From assembly GCA_030141605.1 (NCBI GenBank), contig JAQGDQ010000165.1, positions 398,189-462,188 of the forward strand: DNA of 64,000 bases. Reading direction: 5' to 3'. The DNA is from Tubiluchus corallicola (Eukaryota > Animalia > Priapulida). Of the stretch, positions 35,153 to 64,000 are shown in pieces; the stretch's first letter is position 1; every line of letters begins with the position of its first letter. A program made the translations under genes and the position numbers. Under the pieces are notes generated by a model. The model had not been told where the DNA came from and did not search any database. It saw only the letters and a list, made by a program, of their open reading frames with translations.

Positions 35153-36451
35153 TCGTTGGAAATGTGTGGAATAATGAAAAATGACTAACACGAGCAAGCG
35201 ATATATAAACAATAACAGAGAAGCATGCTTTGGTTGCAACATTGGCAACAAAGTACCCCACGACAACTTTCCAAGGATAAACAATAATGTTGACGTTTGT
35301 GTAACAATACCATAGATATGGTTTGTGTAGATCAAAGATCTTGGTGATTGCTTAGGAGTGTTCTGCATCCTAGACTGTCATGCTGTCCTGATCTTTGTTT
35401 AAGTTCCTAATTAGTTTAATAAATACTACTTTATTATGCACGCATTTGTCCAATTGCTGATATAATTCTAGCATGTAACAGTTTGTATCTCATGCAACAT
35501 TTAGGAATTTAGAAAATATGTAACTTGCAAATTGCTACAAAAAGCATCGTAGCACGAATAAGTACTAAAAACGGTTTTTTACCTAGAATTGACCTTAGCC
35601 TGGTAATTTAGCTAAATTTAAGCAACATATTTTATCAGTATACATTTAGATAATCTGTTAATTATCATAAGATTGGTTAGTTTTTCTAATATTTTCCAGG
35701 TAAAAAGTGACATGCTTAGATTTGCATCTGTAAAGTGGCTTCAACTTACTGTGCTTTTAGATCATTCTAATTATCATTAACTTTAAACTTTGCTCATTAC
35801 TTTTAAGAAACTTTGCTGGCCATAATTACAAACTTATGAAAGTAAGCAAGTTTATTAGTTTATCACCATTTTTATTATATCATAATACATTACTATCTGA
35901 TTTATAATTCGGTATTGTATGCAATAATATTACAAAGTGCAAAAGTAATTATTGATTAGTGGTGAAAGGTGGCGAAAGAACTATGAGTTATTGAGGTCAG
36001 CCACCCTTTCAGAATTGTTACTAATATAATTAATTAATGCCCATGTACCAGGTAATTAAAAATGATCAGATTTTGCATTTAAGACGATTGTTGATTGAAT
36101 TACGATACAGAAGTGTTAGTGTCTAATAGAATCATATCATCATACGCCCATCACGTCTATTGTAGACATTGGGCAGGCAGAATTCTAAAATAAAAGAAAT
36201 CTGCTTTCAGACAGGTAAACGCAGCAGTAATCCAGCAAGAAACTAGACACTGCTACGCCAGTGGCTCAAAAGTAGAAGAGACAAACGCGACTATCTTTAA
36301 ATATTAAGTTAAACTTGAATTATTTTATTTATTAAGATTAGGACTTAGCACCAAAGAAAAAATAATAAATTTGTCGCTTGTAACAAGCATTAATTACAAA
36401 ATTGAGTATGTTACAAACTTCTTGTTTTCTTTGATATAGATTTAATTGAAA

Positions 36452-58775
<22,324 letters not shown>

Positions 58776-59084
58776 GTAATGTATGAATTCGTTGTCAATT
58801 ATGTCATTAGTACCTGTGCATTCGTTAATATTTATTTGTCAAAATAAGGTAACAAATTACATTAATTATATAATGAATTACAGTCAAACCTCGTTATACC
58901 ACCAAACTCGTTTATCGCCTGCAAAAAGGCAAGAAACAAAACGGCTGTATTAAACTGTATATAAAAATGACCCGTTGTACCGCCACCTGTTACCTGTCAT
59001 TGGTCAGGAAAATGATATATGTTCAATGGGGAAATACCGGCAACCACGCCAGTTGGACAGTGACCTTGACAATATGTCAGCTGT

Positions 59085-61724
59085 AGGCGGTGCTATATGC
59101 TACGCTGGGTCGTAGACCCTGACTAGACATCAGGTGTTTGAATGTTCGATACTCACCCCTACTATATGCTACACTGGGTCGTAGACCCTGACTAGACGTC
59201 ACGTGTTTGAACGTTCGATTCTCACCCCTACTATACGCTCCGCTGGGTCGTAGACACTGACTAGACGTCAGGTGTTTGAATGTTCAATGCTCACCCCTAC
59301 TATATGCTCCGCTGGGTCGTAGATTCTGACTAGACGTCAGGTGTTGGAACATTCGATGCTCACCCCTACTATACACTCCGCTGGGTCGTAGACCCTGACT
59401 AGACGTCAGGTGTTGGAACATTCGATGCTCACCCCTACTATACACTCCGCTGGGTCGTAGACCCTGACTAGACGTCAGGTGTTTGAACATTCGATGCTCA
59501 CCCCTACTATACACTCCGCTGGGTCGTAGACCCTGACTAGACGTCACGTGTTGGAACATTCGATGCTCACCCCTACTATACACTCCGCTGGGTCGTAGAC
59601 CCTGACTAGACGTCACGTGTTTGAACATTCGATGCTCATCCCTACTATATGCTCCACTGCGTCGTAGACACTGACTAGACGTCAGGTGTTGGAACATTCG
59701 ATGCTCACCCCTACTATATGCTCCGCTGGGTCGTAGATTCTGACTAGACGTCAGGTGTTGGTACATTCGATGCTCACCCCTACTATATGCTCCGCTGGGT
59801 CGTAGACACTGACTAGACGTCAGGTGTTGGAACGTTCGATGCTCACTCCTACTATACGCTCTGCTGGGTCGTAGACACTGACTAGACGTCAGGTGTTGGA
59901 ACATTCGATGCTCACCCCTACTATACACTCCGCTGCGTCGTAGACCCTGACTAGACGTCAGGTGTTTGAACATTCGATGCTCATCCCTACTATATGCTCC
60001 GCTGGGTCGTAGACCCTGACTAGACGTCACGTGTTGGAACATTCGATGCTCACCCCTACTATATGCTCCGCTGGGTCGTAGATTCTGACTAGACGTCAGG
60101 TGTTGGTACATTCGATGCTCACCCCTACTATATGCTCCGCTGGGTCGTAGATTCTGACTAGACGTCAGGTGTTGGAACATTCGATGCTCACTCCTACTAT
60201 ACGCTCTGCTGGGTCGTAGACACTGACTAGACGTCAGGTGTTGGAACGTTCGATGCTCACCCCTACTATATGCTCCGCTGGGTCGTAGACACTGACTAGA
60301 CGTCAGGTGTTGGGTTGTGTTTTTGTGTGGGTGTGTGTGGTGGTGTTGGGTTCGATGCTCACCCCTACTATATGCTCCGCTGGGTCGTAGATTCTGACTA
60401 GACGTCAGGTGTTGGTACATTCGATGCTCACCCCTACTATATGCTCCGCTGGGTCGTAGATTCTGACTAGACGTCAGGTGTTGGAACATTCGATGCTCAC
60501 TCCTACTATATGCTCCGCTGGGTCGTAGATTCTGACTAGACGTCAGGTGTTGGAACATTCGATGCTCACTCCTACTATACGCTCCGCTGGGTCGTAGACA
60601 CTGACTAGACGTCACGTGTTGGAACATTCGATGCTCACCCCTACTATATGCTCCGCTGGGTCGTAGATTCTGACTAGACGTCAGGTGTTGGAACATTCGA
60701 TGCTCACTCCTACTATATGCTCCGCTGGGTCGTAGATTCTGACTAGACGCCAGGTGTTGGAACATTCGATGCTCACTCCTACTATATGCTCCGCTGGGTC
60801 GTAGACACTGACTAGACGTCAGGTGTTTGAACATTCGATGCTCACCCCTACTATATGCTCCGCTGGGTCGTAGACCCTGACTAGGCGTAAGGTGTTTGAA
60901 CATTCGATGCTCACCCCTACTATACACTCCCCTGGGTCGCTAACACTGACTAGACGTCAGGTGTTGGAACATTCGATGCTCACCCCTACTATATGCTCCG
61001 CTGCGTCGTAGACCCTGACTAGACGTCAGGTGTTTGAACATTCGATGCTCACCCCTACTATATGCTCCGCTGGGTCGTAGATTCTGACTAGACGTCAGGT
61101 GTTGGAATGTTCGATGCTCACCCCTACTATATGCTCCGCTGGGTCGTAGATTCTGACTAGACGTCACGTGTTTGAACATTCGATGCTCATCCCTACTATA
61201 CGCTCTGCTGGGTCGTAGACTCTGACTAGACATCAGGTGTTTGAACATTCGATGCTCACCCCTACTATATGCTCCCCTGGGTCGCTAACACTGACTAGAC
61301 GTCAGGTGTTTGAACGTTCGATGCTCATCCCTACTGTACGCTCCCCTGGGTTGTAGACTCTGACTAGACGTCAGGTGTTTGAATGTTCGATACTCATCCC
61401 TACTATACGCTCTGCTGGGTCGTAGACACTGACTAGACGTCACGTGTTTGAACATTCGATGCTCACTCCTACTATACGCTCCGCTGGGTCGTAGACACTG
61501 ACTAGACGTCACGTGTTTGAACATTCGATGCTCACTCCTACTATACGCTCCGCTGGGTCGTAGACACTGACTAGACGTCACGTGTTCGAACGTTCGATGC
61601 TCACCCCTACTATACACTCCGCTGGCTCGTAGACACTGACTAGACGTCACGTGTTCGAACGTTCGATGCTCACCCCTACTATACGCTCCGCTGGCTCGTA
61701 GACACTGACTAGACGTCACGTGTT
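59085..61724. repeat. 69-bp satellite, ~38 copies, containing a hAT MITE terminus
   Basis: Unit ttcgatgctcacccctactatatgctccgctgggtcgtagattctgactagacgtcaggtgttggaaca. Confidence 0.95.
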
Positions 61725-63772
61725 GTATAAAATAATGCACGTTATCATGTTTTGATTGTTTGCAGGCTGTACTGTACATCGTACATTCGCAATAATAAAG
61801 GATTGATAGCTATGGTATTATTTACACACAGTCTTAATAGCAAATGACAAAAAAATGGTTCCTTTTTGCCACGAGAAATATATTATTTGCTTGTTTTCTA
61901 AGAATCATGTAAGCAAATTCTAGCAAGAAATTTGTAGTTATGATTTAACTTTTTTTTACATACAAATGATTAGTAGAGAAGTAGGCCTACAGTCTATTGC
62001 ATAGTTGAGTGCAACACACGTTAATGTAAACAAAACAAAACATTCTTCATTTTGAGTGAATCATTACTTCACAAATGATTAATTTAATAATTTTCTTTTA
62101 ATTAGTTAACCTTGATGATAATTGTGAACTATAATCTGTGCACACTTGTCTAATTTTTTTGTGATTAGCCATCAGTTTTTAATGCGAAACTCATTCTAAC
62201 ATCTATTCTTTCCCGCCCTAAAGTGGGACGGTACAAAGATGCTCGACTGCATTTGTAACAAATTGATTTGATGCTCGACATTGTCCCGACGTTGCCATGG
62301 CAACAGCCGCCTCACTTCTCTTGTTTTCAAGAAAATGTTATATGATGTAAAGGAACAGATGAATGCAAAGATGCATTATCAGCATCACTTCCAGTATTAT
62401 CACCAATGAAATTCATAGTTGGTGCATCTGGCCACTAGAACAAAATTGAGAAACACACCTTCAAAAAATCATATAACGGAAAAGTAAAAAAACAAAAACA
62501 GTCTGCACTGCGGGGCTCATTAAAATAAATTAATGGTAAAAGTACAGCCAGCTGCCCTAGCAGCATAGTTCTAAGTACTGTTACACATTCTTATAGGTAC
62601 AAACTACTTCATCCAAATATGATTTTTCAATCAATATTTATGGCCGTCACCCGGTGACAGGCTGGTTAACGTTATAACTGATTTAGCACAAAATCTACAT
62701 GCCATTTCAAATTGACTACATAATGCTAATTAAAAATAGTATTCTTTTTGTTAAATTACCGAATGTGTAGTTTGAACTAATGAATAAAAGTAAATTCTAC
62801 AGTTTTAACGAATGTGCAGGATATAGCACATTGATAATAACCTCGACAGTAAATCAATAAATCACACTACAGCGATAAAGAGAACAAATGTTAAAAACAA
62901 ACACAATACTCGAAGAACATTACAAGAATTTCGAAAAAACATAATTCAAATAACATTTCACGTGCTATAACCAAAAATGTTACAATACATATTTGTCAGG
63001 CATAAGTGATTAAATTTAAAAGGCTCAATTTTTTGCATCTGCAAGGAAGAAAATGCTAACAAAGAGAAATAAGATATATCAAGGTGTTGCATAATCATCA
63101 AGTATGTTATACACTGCAATTACAGCAATGCAGTGAAAAACCGCTGTAATTAATGCTGGTTCAACTGCATTGTTTTCATGATTTATTAACAATACCATGT
63201 CTAATAAAGTAAAAGTGTGCAAAGATTCATAAAAAGTAAAAAGTTTACTGATATATTGTTTAGAGAGCAAAATAAATTTTCTTATAGTAGTCACAGCACA
63301 CAACACGTTTTACTTACACAATGCTTGTGGTTACTACATTTAAAGAACAAATCTGCATAAGATTATGGTTTATGCAAGCAAAAGTAGGCTGAACACATTT
63401 TAACCTCTGTTACTAAATCAAAACTATTGTTCAAAACAAACCAAATCGATCAATCAAATAAGCAGCCACTGAGAAGAATTTGATATTACAAAAAATCACA
63501 TTTAACCAAATAAAGCAAATAGTACAGTACCTGATCTGTGAAATGCTTATACTACAATCTTTTTCGTATCATTTTATGACTCTTCTGTTGGACACAAGAA
63601 ATGGTTATATTTACTTACGAATATATTATTCATCACATGTGTTAATGATTAGTAGCCATTATTCTTTCAAAGTTAACGAGAATTAGGCATTTCTTTACTG
63701 TACATTGTTAATGCATGGCATGTAGAACAACAAGCAAGAATGTGCAATGCTATTTTATATCAACCAACATAC

Positions 63773-63918
63773 CTGATTTAACTTCTTAAACTCAACAAGC
63801 TGTGACATCACAAACTCTAAAATGTGTTTAGCTGTTCGCTTGTCTTGCGGTAAGCTGCTCATAATGTCCAATATTTCTCCGCATTCTCTGGCATAGTATT
63901 CAATATCATTATCAGAAC
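63773..63918 (-). CDS. Putative coding exon of an unidentified minus-strand gene; a possible next exon starting at 63584 ends KSHKMIRKRL*
   Basis: Bounded by ttttatatag and gtatgt around an open frame GSDNDIEYYARECGEILDIMSSLPQDKRTAKHILEFVMSQLVEFKKLNQ. Confidence 0.5.
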
Positions 63919-64000
63919 CTATATAAAAATAGATTAGTTTGACAATCAGTTGATGCAATTTTAGCACAATCTAAAATAATGATAAATATAATGGTAAAAA

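Noticed and set aside
60311-60350. GT-rich interruption within the satellite as a spacer or insert
   Set aside because: Low-complexity G/T run, more likely a local consensus error or slippage. It cannot be evaluated without reads.
59085-61724. CRISPR-like array, or a 547-aa repeat protein on the minus strand
   Set aside because: Units are contiguous with no unique spacers and there are no cas genes. The ORF exists only because the 69-bp unit is a multiple of 3 with no stop in that frame.

Overview
Repeat-rich, AT-rich eukaryotic DNA, most likely an invertebrate animal (spliceosomal GT-AG introns, TTAGGG-type repeats, metazoan-type 5S and tRNA SINE heads). Two spliced host genes were reconstructed by hand, both on the + strand: a complete 8-coding-exon DBR1 (RNA lariat debranching enzyme, 12767-31439, 510 aa) and the 5' part of a multi-PLAT LOXHD1-like gene (36452 to beyond 58775; 13 coding exons found, no stop seen). 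The first 12 kb is a nest of LINEs. One is a near-intact element with an esterase ORF1, whose ORF2 starts with a ~300-aa hydrophobic, membrane-protein-like region joined to the APE endonuclease through a 2A-like GGIETNPG-P motif. The introns hold 5S-derived and tRNA-derived SINEs, several MITE families, a TTAGGG-filled element bounded by inverted repeats, a nested frameshifted ankyrin/SOCS-box gene and many minisatellites. Other notable features: an inverted copy of the DBR1 last codons and 3' region inside an intron of the neighbouring gene, satellites built from transposon ends, and tandem amplification of exon/5'-splice-site junctions. All calls come from reading the sequence. No database search or prediction tool was run, and identities are estimates by eye.
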